Of a stretch of DNA of 64,000 nt, positions 13,127-26,886 are shown piece by piece. Source of the DNA: Octopus bimaculoides (taxonomy: Eukaryota); assembly GCF_001194135.2 (NCBI RefSeq), contig NC_068985.1:66905934-66969933 (forward strand). The letters are read 5' to 3'. Position numbers and translations under genes: made by a program. Below the pieces are notes generated by a model. That model was not told the DNA's origin. It was given only the letters and a program-made list of their open reading frames with translations, and did no database searches. Position 1 is the first letter of the stretch. Each line of letters starts with the position of its first letter.

Positions 13127-13351
13127 GTTGTCCGGAAAATTCGTGCCGATTTATAGTAGCTTACCTTTCGGCTTATTTGCCATGAAACCACCTCAATTCT
13201 CGGAAGAGGCTATCTTCAAGTTAAAGGAAAGATGGAGACGCATTGTGCAACAAAATGGTTCGTAATTGGTTGATTAAAAAATGTAATGGCAAATATTTAT
13301 TGACCTTTTTCTTTCCTTTAGAAATCAGCATGAACTTTCCGGACAACCCAA
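13123..13351 (+). mobile_element. Mariner-derived MITE / deletion derivative (229 bp)
   Basis: TIRs TTGGGTTGTCCGGAAAATTCGTGCCGATTT and AAATCAGCATGAACTTTCCGGACAACCCAA, TA on both sides. The interior keeps the transposase 3' end (LKERWRRIVQQNG). Confidence 0.9.
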
Positions 13352-14019
13352 TATATATGTACATATATACATATATACGTACATATATAATAGCCACTAT
13401 AAATGTTGGTTCGTTATTTCGACGGTTGATTTTTCCAGTTATTCTTTATTCTTTACATTTTATAATAACCGGGAGAAAAAGTTCGTTAAAGAAAGATATG
13501 ATAAGACGTTCGAAATGCGTTCACTTACTCCACTACGTGCCAGGAGGAGTGTTTATAAGTTTTCTGAGGATTTATACCAGCTTGAATTTTATTTTATTTT
13601 ATTAAAGGCAGTAAATTCTTTTCTTCTGCGAATTAGTGTTCATTCGCTTGTTTTATAAGAAAACGAAGAAAATTGCCAGGTTAAATCATAATTTGTTTAT
13701 ACATGACATTATTTCCTGATATTAACTATATCGGCAAAAGTGTCCTTTCAAACTTACTTATCCTATGATGGGTAACACACACATAAATACATACATATAC
13801 AAACACACGCTCATATACACACATATATGTATATTTGTATACGTGTATTAATTTCTGTATGTCCACAAATGACCGTAGTTTATAATAGTAATATAAAATG
13901 CATTACGTGTTACTATCTAACATATATTACTATTTCATAAAATATATTATATACTATAAAACATAATTTATAGGCTAACGCTGAAAACTCTTATAAAGAA
14001 ATCTTTGTTTTACCCAATA

Positions 14020-14330
14020 GTGATCATCTGTTAGCAGATTTCAAGGTTTTCAGGAGGTCGTAACATAGCCTACCAACCTTGTTCTCAAAGTGTTCTCTTG
14101 CGGGTGGTGGTTTGCTGAATTCTCCTTCACATATAAAATCTAATAGCTGTTCTTCGTTGAGCTTCTGTACCTATACAAGCTTTTATGCCATCCTGGAAAC
14201 AGATATGGTGATGGTGCGTTCCGGGATTTTCTGGCTGATGGCAACCTTGGGCCTTTGTCCACCATCCTCTTTTCCTCTAGGGTCATTGTTTCGGCTTGGT
14301 CACTGACTAGTGGATTGCATTGTTTTCCCT
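14020..14330 (-). mobile_element. Penelope-like element fragment (region upstream of RT)
   Basis: The minus frame KGPKVAISQKIPERTITISV...FSKPPPAREH resembles the recalled PLE motif 'KGLxFAIxPxxIPxxxIIxSVE...KPP'. Multiple stops. Confidence 0.5.
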
Positions 14331-15815
14331 TCTGTTTATGTGTCTTGTTAGTGGGGTGCGCTGTGAGTGAGTGGTGTGTGTCATTTTCATATGCCTCGAG
14401 TGCTATATACATGCACATACAAACACAATTTTAGCTTTATACAGATATATGTATATATACATATCTGTATACCTATATAACATATGCATATATACATATG
14501 TGAGTTTATTTAAAATGAAATATGTAACAGTAGCTCCGATAATTTCAGTTGGACTGTCTTTTTGAAGTTACTTTCAGAAAACAGCCCATCACAAAAACCC
14601 GAAGACTCTGCCTCACTTATCCTAGTAGCAACCTAATTTTATTCTCTATGTAAATATTTATAATAATCAATCTATAAACATTTTATTGCTTTGATTAAGG
14701 TTCAGTAAAGACGCACACATACACATATATATTTATATGCACATATTGTAAGACAGGGAGGAAAATTATTTTAGTGAGGAGAGTGTGAGCAAGAGAGGGG
14801 GAAAGAAAAGAGAGGGGAGAAAGAGAGAGAGAGAGAGAGAAAGAGAGAAATAGAGAAAGACAGAAATAGATAATTCAAATACAATATATAACACATTATT
14901 TGATATAAATTTCGGTTGTGTTACTGGGAATATTATAGAAGAAAATTTGTTTGACTTCAATCGCATTCCACGTGTAACTCAGCGTCCTAAACATTTTAGG
15001 AAGTAATGATTTAACGTAGCTATTATTAAGAAAAAAATCGTTAAAAATTTTTTTCTTGTATATTCCATTCGAAATATATAGAGGGATAAGTTGCGTTACA
15101 CATCTGTCGAATTTCTGATGTGCTGCAGGGATACAAACTCACAGTATGTATGAAGTTCCATAATAAAGGCATATACGAAAATGAAAACACAAAGCTTTGG
15201 CAGGTGTTTACAGAACAAAGACCATCGACATAAGTAGAGGTAAATTCACACAGACAGACACAAGCGTATACATACAAACACACTCACAGAGACACAGATA
15301 CACTCACACACAAACACATGTATTTATGTATATACAACTGTAAATTTCAGGAGAACCGTATTAATATACAGTGAGCAGAATAGAAATTATAGATTAAAAT
15401 TTACTGACTGAAAAAAGAGGCACCCAAAGTTTCACATAATAATTTCATGAGGAAACATGTAGCATCTTGCGTTAGAAATGAAAAGTGGGAAAAAAATATA
15501 TAACTTCAATAATATGTACACTTGTGAACACTTTTATAATTATACTACTATGAAAATTAAGATTATATGAAATAAAAAAAAAACATAATCGAATATATTT
15601 GTTTGTATGAGTGTGTGAGTGTGTGTGTATGTTTCTACAGTTTTGTATACATATATAAATATATAATAAAAGAACTAACGTATACGTAATAGTGGTTAAG
15701 GGAAGAAGAGAATCAGAAATCAAATATATATCAAATGAAAGTTGGCATTCTTTCAGAAGTCTTGGTAAAATCTGAATTTCAAAAACCATTCACACTGATG
15801 TGCAGTAGGCACGCA

Positions 15816-15847
<32 letters not shown>

Positions 15848-16104
15848 GAATGTACACTCGCAGACACATATACCCATACACATTTGTATATGTTTATCTA
15901 TCTACCAATCTATCTATTTATCTATCTATCTATATGTATGTATGTGAGGTGACAAGAGACAGGTCCCTCTTATGTTGTTCCCGTCATCGCACAATGATTG
16001 GTTGTGTTAGTCGGCTGCTAGCAGTAAAGAAAAAATATCGGTGGAAAGCTGTAAGTAGTGATGTATATAAATACAAACTTCTTACGCTTTAAATATAGTC
16101 GAAC

Positions 16105-16364
16105 CTGTAAGAAGGCCTTTCACTATACTTTGCCATGGTGAGAATTTCTGATTGTAGAGAGTTTACAGCGTTTGCGTTTCTGATTTCTGGTGCTGAAGAG
16201 GAGATAACCTCTCCGTCATGCATGTGTAGCGAGACTAATTTTATAATTTCATGTTTAGACTCAAATGCTCGGAAATCAGCTCCAGGCATAAGTCTCAAAT
16301 GATTGATCATGCGATCAGTCCTTTGATGCTGATATACTTTCTGGAGCCAAGCATTTGGATTGGT
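16105..16364 (-). CDS. Candidate antisense exon, 86 open codons (TNPNAWLQKVYQHQRTDRMINHLRL...SERPSY)
   Basis: On the minus strand, TACTAAC (16393..16387) lies ~25 nt before an ACTAG| acceptor and the frame is open for 260 nt. The donor AG|GTTCGA is weak. No family recognised. Confidence 0.3.
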
Positions 16365-16779
16365 CTAGTTTTATGCGGGATATAAAGTTAGTATCCAATC
16401 GCGTTGCACAATAGACCATCAGACGCGGCAAATTAAAAATGTGGATTTGTGCCTCATTTTGTTAATATGATGTTTTTCACCAGTGAGTCGAGAGAGCGAG
16501 AGAAAGAGAGAGTTTCTTTTCAGGAAGCCACGTCATATTATTTTCGTTCCTGTTGAAGTAGGTGTTACCAAGTTTGACTAAGAAAAAACATGCATGAATG
16601 ATTTTCTGCAGTTCATATTTCCTTTGCTATGTATTTATCAGGTTCGCTGAATAATTTCATTTAGCTGAGGAATAAAGTGTTACTGTTAATCGAAAGCTCG
16701 GTTTTGGTAGTATTTCCCTCATTTTAAATGCGACACATGACAAGCAAAAATTTGTATCACAAGTCCAAAAGACACAACC

Positions 16780-19080
16780 TTCCAGCTAAACATGCATCGA
16801 CCAGTCTGATTAGGGAGCGCTTCAGAAAGACTCGGTATGTTTACACCGACCCGTCTGGAGTGAGATATCTTCTCCATGGCGAAATTGGCTGAATGGTTTT
16901 CTTACGGATTAGAATAACACTTAATGATGATTAAGTGTTATTCTTCTGGGACAGAAGAAGAAATGGTTACATAAAAAACTTGATTGGTGTTACAGATATG
17001 GGAATTGAAGGCAGCTACTGGGCAAGAGATGGAGTCGGGTTATTTTCATAGAAGTTCAAATTTATCATGTCTATGTATTTCAAAGGGATATATGTAGACG
17101 TAAGCTATAAAAATAAGTTTATATGACTGATAAGAAAACGTGTTCTTCAAGAATAAGAAGGGGAATCAATAAGATTAGTTCAAACGTTTGAAGCTGGTGA
17201 CCCCTCTGATTGTAGTGATCCATTAATTGAGTCTATACTCTATATGGTATCTTAAAAAAAACTACGTAAAATTTGGTTATCCATAGAAACCCTAATGTGG
17301 GCCACTATGCTGTACATGCTTTTCCTACAAGTTATTGAGAAGCGTGAAGATAATGAAGTGACGGTGAGGTCGGACAAAGTTGCTCAGCTGTGGTTGTGTG
17401 TAAATGTTTATGGATTTCAAAGTGGAAAAATTCCTTGACTCAGTTTTTAATAATTTCACTGCTCAGGTTAAGGAGAAAGTATTTTTCGGATCTTTTCTTA
17501 GTATACTGAGAGACTTTCTCATGAAGAACTATTATATCCATAGCTCAGAAACAGTGTATGCTAAAGATACCAGAGTAACGAGCATTTAGTGAAGACACCC
17601 AGTTGATCGGATGATAAGAAGACAGGTGACATAGCCGGTTCAAGGGAATACCTGTGCCTATACACCATAAATTATTTGAAAGGTCTAGTGAAGACGTGCT
17701 ATGACAAGGCATTTGTTTAGTAGCATAGCAGTCTCACATGGATTATTTGGTCCTCATTGATACATGAAGTCAGCATATACATGGTTGAGGGCTTCGAGAT
17801 TTGGTTCAGCTGGTTTCTTCTCAAATTACAAATACTATCTCGGAATATTACTGGCAGGATAATAATTTGAAGTCCCAAAACAACAATCGCAAAGAAGAAT
17901 ATGTGGTGATACGTATTGGCGAGCTGAAGGAATTCCCAAAGTTGTGTAACACAACATCTCTCAGTGAGATACTCAGTTGGGAACTGTTGTTTGGATATGG
18001 ACAGCAAGAGACATATTTGAGGTTGCAGAGTTGCTGCGATGGGACAGAATGCTGGTGAAATTAGTACTTCGTGAACAGGCTGGCTCTTGTAGCAGCTCAG
18101 CGCCTTACTATTACAAGGTGCCAGAAAAAGAAAGGAGTTGTGATTTATAGTAACGTCTGTAAAGATGCGTGGAGAGGAGTGATCAAACAACGGTTTAAGA
18201 AATGGAGCCCAAGGAACTTGATCAAATTCGGAGTAGCTATTTCTTGCAAAATTTTCTTGCGTGGATTTAGAAAACTGAGAGACAGGAATAGAATTTGTTG
18301 ATATCACTTTTAACCGTTTCTGCTAGGAAATGTTAAAATAAGCAGCTTGCCCTCTGTGCTTCATATGTGGGTAACTGAAACCCCACCTGCAGTAGCTGTC
18401 GCATACCCGAAGCGAGAAACGATACCGTTGGCTTCTCAAATAAATCTTGATATTAGAGCTGATCCTTTTATAAGAGATTTAGCACATTGAAGACTACTAT
18501 CGTGTGTCTTGTGATTGATATGTAGATGAAGCTACATTCCCGAATCACTACCTTTCAGGTGCAAAATGTGTAGGAAAATTTGTCCAGGGAAATCGCCTGA
18601 AATTCCCTTCTCAATTTTGCCTCAACATTGAATAACATTGTAGTGATCTAGTAAGCGTTCATTCTGGCATTTCATCTACAATCACCATTCTTTAAGAGAA
18701 CAAGTATTATAGACGTAAATAAAAGAAGAGACGAAAATATTCTAAAAGCTGTGCACAAGGTGTGATCTACCTGAGATGTGATACAGAGATTTCGAAAGCA
18801 AGTCCTACTGGCAATGTACAGCATGCTGGACATCAGAGGAGTCAGTAGTCGAAGAGCATCCATTGGGCTACAGTTGTAACATTGGTTGCTTTATGATGTA
18901 TCTTTTAACAAGTTTGAGCCAAATGGAAGTAGTGCAAACTGGGAGAGCGCAAACTGGACAGACGTTGGGCCTTGAGTAACTTTAACCGACTCGTGTGGAT
19001 GAGAGTATTTGGTTGTCGAAAACCCGAAAGGAGTAACGACCTCAAGAAACATCACTGACGATGTGAGCAAATTCTCCACA
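16780..19080 (+). mobile_element. Old, highly decayed Tx1/L1-clade LINE
   Basis: Fragments such as VNRLALVAAQR (18071) resemble LANRLALVVDR in the younger copy at 35236. The overall layout is ORF2-like with many stops. Boundaries approximate. Confidence 0.5.
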
Positions 19081-19189
19081 AGGTAGAAGAAAAAAATCAG
19101 ACATATATAAACACACTCTCACACACACATACGAACACAATCACACATATATACACACATACATACATACATACATATATACATACATG

Positions 19190-19239
<50 letters not shown>

Positions 19240-19309
19240 AGCATATATACATACATATAAACCTACATACATATACATGCATGCGTTATAAACGTTCTGC
19301 TTTATTCTT

Positions 19310-21780
19310 CCAAAGTGACTGTACAGCAAGACATGAGAATAAATGAGCCCAATACAAAAGATATTACTGAACGAATTGGACTACACAACCTCCAAAATAA
19401 CATGAAATGTTTCAGGAAAATTGGAAAATTGGAGTCTGTCAGCAAATGCAAAGGTAAAAATTGAATTTATGAACTACCAATTACGACTGCATGATAGGCT
19501 CTCAAAAAATGTATGTGAATTGCTGCTCTGAAAGATTCAAACACACTGGTCGTTCTCAAACACGATCAACAAGCAGTAAGTGAAAAACTTCATAACTGTA
19601 AAAGTTACCTGAACTGAACATGACAAACCGAAAGTTTACCCGAAACGATTTGTAACTGTATATATAAATACTCCTCAACAGGAGCTTGTAGAGGCACTGG
19701 TGGTTAGTATCGGATGTAAGCAAAGAACACAGTCGCAATGCAGCGTGGTTATACGAACTACGAAGTGAGTATTGCATAAATCACCCCCCCCCCCCCATAT
19801 ATAATATTCCCACTGAACCAATCCTGACAATTATTATGAAACTGCCGAAAGGACAAAACAGCTGGGAGAGGCCTGAGAGTAGGCTACTGGTACAAAAAGC
19901 TCACATTTTACAGGGAATTTCTTACAACATTTTTGCAAACACAATGGAGGTTTGAATAGACATATCAGGATGGTTAACGGTTGCACTGGCCACTCTTTTT
20001 TTCATGAACAAAGAGACTCATATAGCCCGAGCTACAGGCCAATAGCATGCTCGAAAGTTAAGTACAAACTGTACATAAGTTGCTTGAATAAGTTTCTTCA
20101 AACAAATGCTGCTATAAGAAACGAACAAAAATGAGGAAAGAAGGGCGTCTGGGGCTATTTTAAACAGCTCTTCCTTAATAATACTACCCTTAAGGAAGCC
20201 AAGCAACATCGCCGCAATCTCTTAATATGGCGCGACTCTGTCCCTCACTCATGAATGCTAGAATCATTACAAGTTGCCAATGTACCAGCTGCTATATTGA
20301 ATTCCACAACATGGTGCACACATGTTGTGGTCCATATAGTAAACACAGACAAGTACAAAACCAACACTTGCAGTCACAAACAGAATTAAGTTATCAGCAG
20401 ACATATTGCATAGTGATAGTCTATCTGTAAGGCTGTTCGTAATTGCAGTGAACCCCTTGTTAGCCCTATTAAGAACACATGTACATGATGGAATATTCAG
20501 AAAAGTATAAAATTAATGTTACGCGTAATTTTTTGTTAATGACCTAAAGTTATATTCTAGTAAAACGAGGAAGCCCATGAGATAATTAAAACTACTCAGA
20601 ATTTTGTCAAAACTCCATTCTTATGGCTCACAAGACATAAAAATGGAGTTTGGTCAAAACAAAGTCTCATACAAGATAGTCAACCGAGGAAAGATTGCCA
20701 ATTTAAAAGAGAACATGTGCCCCAATAGTTTGCTTATCGTCTCTGTTATTATGAAAATTATAAATATCTCGGAATCCATGAGCATGTTGCCTAGGTTGGT
20801 GCAGTGATTGAATCCGACCCCGGAAAATATCGAACTCAGAGCTGTCTGCTTTTAATAACACCATATATCACAATCTTTTTACAGTGTAAGTGCTTGCACC
20901 AACATTTGCTATATTGGACTTGACACAGGACGAAATCTGCAACCTTGACATCAAAACTAGAAAGATGATGACCCACACTGGCAAAGTTACAGGAACCGAT
21001 AGGATTTATATGAGCGGCAGAGCTGGTGACAGAGACATAAGGTTAGTCCAAAGAGCATTTGAACTTTATATTGGAGACATCACACAAGCAAAACCCAATG
21101 CAAGTACACATATATCTTAAGCTTGTAGATAACAGCAGCATTGGCAGGAGTAGCATCTCCTGGACATGTGATAGATACATTACATTCCACCAAGTATATG
21201 CCAGTGCTATCTAGGAACTGGAGATAGTTACTGAATACTTGATAAATGAGAGAGAGACAACTATGCCACCAAATCTGCCCGTTGCGGCAGAAAAATATCA
21301 GTTATGCCATACCAAAATGTCTAAGATATACTACGTACTATTAAGGCATGATATAACTGTAAAGGCAATTTACAATGCTCTCCGAAGCAATGAATGCCCT
21401 GACGCATACATCAATGGCAAGTCACACCCAGAATGTTTAAATACCTTTAAAATGAAGGAACGTCAGTGGAACACTTCGATAAACGCAACAATTCGGTTGC
21501 AAACACAACAGACCTGATATTGTTCTGTAGGATAGGAAACTAATGTCATGCACTGTTATAGAAGTCAGCTACCCAGCGGATATCAGTGTACCTTCAAAAC
21601 TACAGGAAAAAGAATACATTTATGGTGAAAAACTACGAAACTTACATCTCTTGTATCTTGACAACAAATTTTCATGTATACCTATCATCAAAGCTGCATC
21701 AGACTATGTGCCTACAGCTTTAAACAAATACCTGATATATTAGGTTTTGCAAATAGCAAAAGTAAATGACACACGTTCTT
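19310..21780 (+). mobile_element. RLE-type (R4/Dong-like) non-LTR retrotransposon remnant
   Basis: YRPIACSKVKYKL (RT), RKKGVWG/KEAKQHRRNL, LDIKTRKMMT...DRIYMSGRAG, a zinc-knuckle remnant YQLC...LLRHDITVKAIY, and the RLE motif RPDIVL...VIEVSYPAD...QEKEYIY...IPII. Confidence 0.85.
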
Positions 21781-22011
21781 CAAATCCAATTTAATATCGC
21801 CACATTGAAGATCTGTAAGGTTTTCTAAAGTTTCTTTATCTGAGAACCTTTAGGTGACTAGATGCACGTATGCAATTGTGCCCATCGAGAGTTCAACAAT
21901 CGCATCAACTCAACGACATATTTTCAGTACTCTCAACTCAAAAATTGTTGTCGCTTTCTTTCCGACAAGCTTGTCAACTCTCTTAAGCTGAATATCAATG
22001 CAACGCAGATG

Positions 22012-22077
<66 letters not shown>

Positions 22078-22139
22078 TACATATATACGTACATCCATCC
22101 ATCCATACATACATACATACATAGAAGTTTCAGTTAAAA

Positions 22140-23100
22140 AAATTTTTTAATTTCAGGCTTTAATTGATAGTTAAAACAAATTACGTACAAAAAGTGTTTA
22201 TTGATCAAATTGATACCATCCTTGTCTAATGAGTGTTGCCATCGTTGTGTCAGAAACTCAATTCCACGTGTATACAATTTGCCTGGTTCTGATATGAGAC
22301 ACTCCTAGCACGCGTTTTAAATCGTACCCGTGAAAGAAATGACCTATGGCTCGGAAAATGTAGTTGCCAGATGGTGCAAAGTCGTCTGGTCTGCAAACAG
22401 GCCAGACAGAAACTGACAATGTGTGCTGTGACATTGTCTTGTAGGAGTGCACGTCTTTGATTGGCCAGTGCAAGATAGTATCATACTCCTTCTACAGTCG
22501 TTGAACTTAAAGGTTAAACCGCCAGAGCATGACCATCAAGGAGAACAAACCCCGATTTCTCTTATTATGAATACGAAAATAAATCCATTTTTAATCCGCA
22601 ATTACAGTTCGACACCAAAAAGCGGTTATCTGGAAGATTTCCCAGCAGCTGTCTGTAAATGTTCGTACGTCGATGAGCCTGCTACTCGAGACGCTTGCGA
22701 TGAGCTTCACGACATTGTCTGTTCGTAAGACTGAAACTATATAGGTGTCAATTAATGGCACTTTGTAAAAAACCAATTTTGGCCGACAATGTACGAATGA
22801 TTGTGCTTGGCTGTTGTTGAACTCATTTCAAGGAAGCCACATCTTCCACGACAGAAGGTTAATCTTATCTTGATTTGTCGTCGAGGCTGGTATGATCTTT
22901 GAAGAGTTTGAACAAGCTTTCTGCTACATGTTTGTTGACAGTCCCTGAGACTTTCAGCTCATTAATTTCTTTTCCTTTCAGCCTTCTCTTTCCACAGGTA
23001 GCGACAAATGGCTGTAATTGCAAATTTTTCACCTCAGATTATCAATGCTGTAAATAATAAAGAATTAATAATAAATAATAAGTAATTAACAGTTGATGTT
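22140..23100 (-). mobile_element. Decayed mariner (DD34D-type) element, most of the transposase
   Basis: Minus strand fragments: AITAICRYLWK, a SLxDKxRSGRP-like segment, LLQDNVTAH, PDDFAPSGNYIFRAI. Confidence 0.75.
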
Positions 23101-23210
23101 TATAAGTTATATTCGAAAATAAATAATAAACAATTCAGCAACGATTGGATAAATTGTATCCAATTATTATATAATCTCAATGTATAAGTTGCCAAACATA
23201 TACGCACACA

Positions 23211-23287
<77 letters not shown>

Positions 23288-23374
23288 ATGTGTGTGTCAG
23301 CGTGCGTGCGTATGTTATTTGTTTCACTAAATTTGAGTACAATCATGTTGGAGCACCGCTTTAAAGGGTTTTAA

Positions 23375-23716
23375 TCAAAGAACCCGACCCCAGGTCTTAT
23401 TCTTTGTAAGCCTAGTACTTATTCCATCAGTCTCTTTTGCAGAAACACCAAATGTTACGGGGACATAAACACACCAGCATCGGTTGTCAAGCAATAGTGG
23501 GTGACAACCGAGACACGCGCGCGCCCGCAAACACGCACGCACACACACATACAAACACACAAACACACTCACGCACGCACATATACATGTATATACGACG
23601 GGCTTCTTTCAATTTCTCTCAGCCAAATCCATTCACAAGGCTTTGATCGGCTCGAAGACACGTGGCCAAGGTGCCACGGAGTGGGACTGAACCCGGAACC
23701 ATGTGGTTGGGAAGCA
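23375..23716 (-). mobile_element. SINE family A, near full length
   Basis: Reverse complement of the 9927 element, including head (GGGACTGAACCCGGAACCATGTGG) and tail. Confidence 0.85.
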
Positions 23717-23934
23717 TAAATATATGTACGTGTGCGCGAGTGTGCGCCTGTATATATATATATAATTAAATCAACGGCGATAGGGCGAAAACGACCTGTC
23801 TCCAGCATGCTTGAAGTGCCGATACCTTCAAAAGACTACTAAAAGCTCCAGCTAAATATACACGTGGCTGACAACTTGATAAAAATCATTAACGTGATAT
23901 TTATCCTTATATTCTTTCATAAATTAATAAATAA

Positions 23935-23989
<55 letters not shown>

Positions 23990-24111
23990 CATCTGTCTGT
24001 CTCTCTATCTGTCTGTCTACCTATCTATATGTATTTGTATGTATGTATGTATGTATGTATGTATGTATGTATGTATGTATGCATGTATGTATGTATCTGC
24101 ATATGATTAAG

Positions 24112-24157
24112 GCTGATGCAAAACCGAAATGCATTGTGATGTCTCTTATACTGGTGG
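24112..24157 (+). CDS. Candidate 46-nt exon (ADAKPKCIVMSLILV)
   Basis: Consensus donor TGG|GTAAGT, weak acceptor ATTAAG| after a (TATG)n tract. Phase 0 to 1 exactly bridges the 12017 and 27420 exons. Confidence 0.4.
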
Positions 24158-24981
24158 GTAAGTAGTCAAACTGCGACTCCTACCCGTTTTTTTTAGTAAC
24201 CTTAAACATAAGCGAATATCAATGCATACATTAAGTTTTCCATCGCTAGACCTAGAATTCAAGAATTCTGCCTTGTACCTTCTTAACATAGATTTCAAAT
24301 ATAGAACATCACTTGGCGTTGCTTAGCAGGGAAAAATAACAGAAATAGATACATATTTCGACATGTAACAGTATGAGCATTGCCATTTCTAGTTTATTTG
24401 CATGCTAGTTTTGTTCATAAATGCGACATTTTTCAATTTCTGTAAATGCAGTCCACAATATCTAAGTAGATTATTTGTGTAAATACCCTTATCTATGAAA
24501 ATATTATCTTTAGAGAATAATAGTTAAAAATAATATCTAATATAATTTAAAATGTAGTGTTCATCTTTTGTTTATATAATTTTCATTCCTTTTCTTTTAA
24601 ATAGGAATCACATAAAACTACACACGAAATAAATATATCTGAAATAATTCAATTTAAAATTAGTTTTGGAAACATCGAATGACCTTTATATTGACTGCTC
24701 AAGGGTGATATATATAATTGCCAAATTATCTTTCATTATCGACGCATGCACGACATTGTGGGGCATTTTTATCAATTTCATCATCAGCAATATTCCGTAT
24801 ATGTTTGAAAATATTCTGGGATTTTCATTACGCTTATTTCATTACGCTTATTTTAGCCACAATCATCTATTCCATTCCAATACTTATATGTATATAACCT
24901 CATAGAGGATTCGAACAATTCGAACAAGGAGTATCTAGTTTTTAAACAAGCATTAGAAGTCCGATATAGTATAATCGTTTA

Positions 24982-25232
24982 ACGGCGGCGAACTGGCAGA
25001 ACCGTTAACACTCTGGACTCAATGCTTAGCGGCATTTCGCCCGTTTTTACGTTGTGTTCAAATTCCCCTCAGGTCGACTGAACGTTTAACTATTTCGGAG
25101 TCGATGAAAGGAATACCAGTTAAGCACTGAGTTCGATAAAATCGACTAGCATCTTCCCCCAAAATTTTAGGCTTTGTGCCTATATTAGAACTGATATAAT
25201 ATAACCGATTTGATACCTAATCTTCGACTTTC
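24982..25232 (+). mobile_element. tRNA-derived CORE-type SINE, family B (octopus OR2-like)
   Basis: GGCGGCGAACTGGCAGAACCGTTA head, GTTCAAATTCC B box, central TTTCGGAGTCGATGAAAGGAATACCAG, tail CCCCCAAAATTTTAGGCTTTGTGCC. Confidence 0.8.
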
Positions 25233-26886
25233 TTCAGTATATGTTTGTATATATAAATGCGGACATGAATATACTTCCGCACAGAAGGGGTAATATATTT
25301 TATTTTCATACTCGTTATTTCCCTTATGTTTTATAAAATACGTACAATCTCATTTCAATAACAAGGTTGCGCTTTACTCACCACGATCATGTTATACATT
25401 ACACATTTAAATATAATTTACTACATCAAATTATTTTGTTTCCATGCTGTATTGGAGTTTTAGAATATGTTCACGCATATTTAAGGTTTTATAGAACTCA
25501 AGTATAAATACCAAATATAGAATATTTGACTGCATATACAAATGAAATTACTAAGAATCAGAAAATAGAATTACATATAAATTTTCGCAGGCTAAGGCAT
25601 TGCTACCATAGTAGTTCTTATAAGATACCCATCCCTAGACTACATTACACGTAAACAAAAATACATTTGTGCATACACACGTCTGCACACACGCACTCAA
25701 TGAGTATATTTATAGTGCATTGACGGAAATTATCATACAGTGATTTCTATGACTCATGCTAGAATCTGCGAAGGTCATTGATATTTTTTTCTACCTCGGG
25801 ATATCAGAGGACACTTCTTCTGCTAGATAATTAAGTGTTGGTGTGAAAACAAAATCAATAAATCGTGTACAGAGAATATTTGCCAAACGCAAATGTGGCT
25901 GCTATGTATTTTATTTCACTCATTCTATGCAGGATATATTATTCAATATAATGAATTCTATCCTACTACACTGGGATTGACAAACATAGAAGAAGATACA
26001 CACGCACAAAGATAAAAGAATGTATACGTTCACACGGATATATGTAAGGTTATGCACTATATATNNNNNNNNNNNNNNNNNNNNNNNNNNNNNNNNNNNN
26101 NNNNNNNNNNNNNNNNNNNNNNNNNNNNNNNNNNNNNNNNNNNNNNNNNNNNNNNNNNNNNNNNNNNNNNNNNNNNNNNNNNNNNNNNNNNNNNNNNNNN
26201 NNNNNNNNNNNNNNNNNNNNNNNNNNNNNNNNNNNNNNNNNNNNNNNNNNNNNNNNNNNNNNNNNNNNNNNNNNNNNNNNNNNNNNNNNNNNNNNNNNNN
26301 NNNNNNNNNNNNNNNNNNNNNNNNNNNNNNNNNNNNNNNNNNNNNNNNNNNNNNNNNNNNNNNNNNNNNNNNNNNNNNNNNNNNNNNNNNNNNNNNNNNN
26401 NNNNNNNNNNNNNNNNNNNNNNNNNNNNNNNNNNNNNNNNNNNNNNNNNNNNNNNNNNNNNNNNNNNNNNNNNNNNNNNNNNNNNNNNNNNNNNNNNNNN
26501 NNNNNNNNNNNNNNNNNNNNNNNNNNNNNNNNNNNNNNNNNNNNNNNNNNNNNNNNNNNNNNNNNNNNNNNNNNNNNNNNNNNNNNNNNNNNNNNNNNNN
26601 NNNNNNNNNNNNNNNNNNNNNNNNNNNNNNNNNNNNNNNNNNNNNNNNNNNNNNNNNNNNNNNNNNNNNNNNNNNNNNNNNNNNNNNNNNNNNNNNNNNN
26701 NNNNNNNNNNNNNNNNNNNNNNNNNNNNNNNNNNNNNNNNNNNNNNNNNNNNNNNNNNNNNNNNNNNNNNNNNNNNCAGCTGGCTTATCGACACATATAT
26801 ATATATATATATATACAGGAGTAAGCACATAAATGTGAAACAGGGTGGAAAAAAGAGTTCTCAAATACCAGTGATAAAGTAATATG

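Noticed and set aside
13439-13625. Two overlapping open + strand frames and a minus-strand GTAAGT exon-like segment
   Set aside because: Phases do not fit the chain and splice sites are weak; no way to choose between them.
17717-18307. 196-aa minus-strand ORF
   Set aside because: Antisense to the decayed Tx1-like LINE; no domain features or splice context.
22960-23030. Very strong + strand acceptor TTTCTTTTCCTTTCAGCCTTCTCTTTCCACAG|
   Set aside because: It is the antisense of the mariner N-terminal coding sequence, and I found no supporting donor or phase link.
24982-25080. tRNA-like A/B boxes considered as tRNA genes (also 9927, 57250-57338)
   Set aside because: No cloverleaf; they continue into multi-copy SINE bodies.
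25920-26882. Long ORFs of 250-370 aa in the track (also 29644-30757, 32474-33556, 37507-38445, 50565-50942, 51971-52589)
   Set aside because: They are runs of X from N gaps, not coding sequence.
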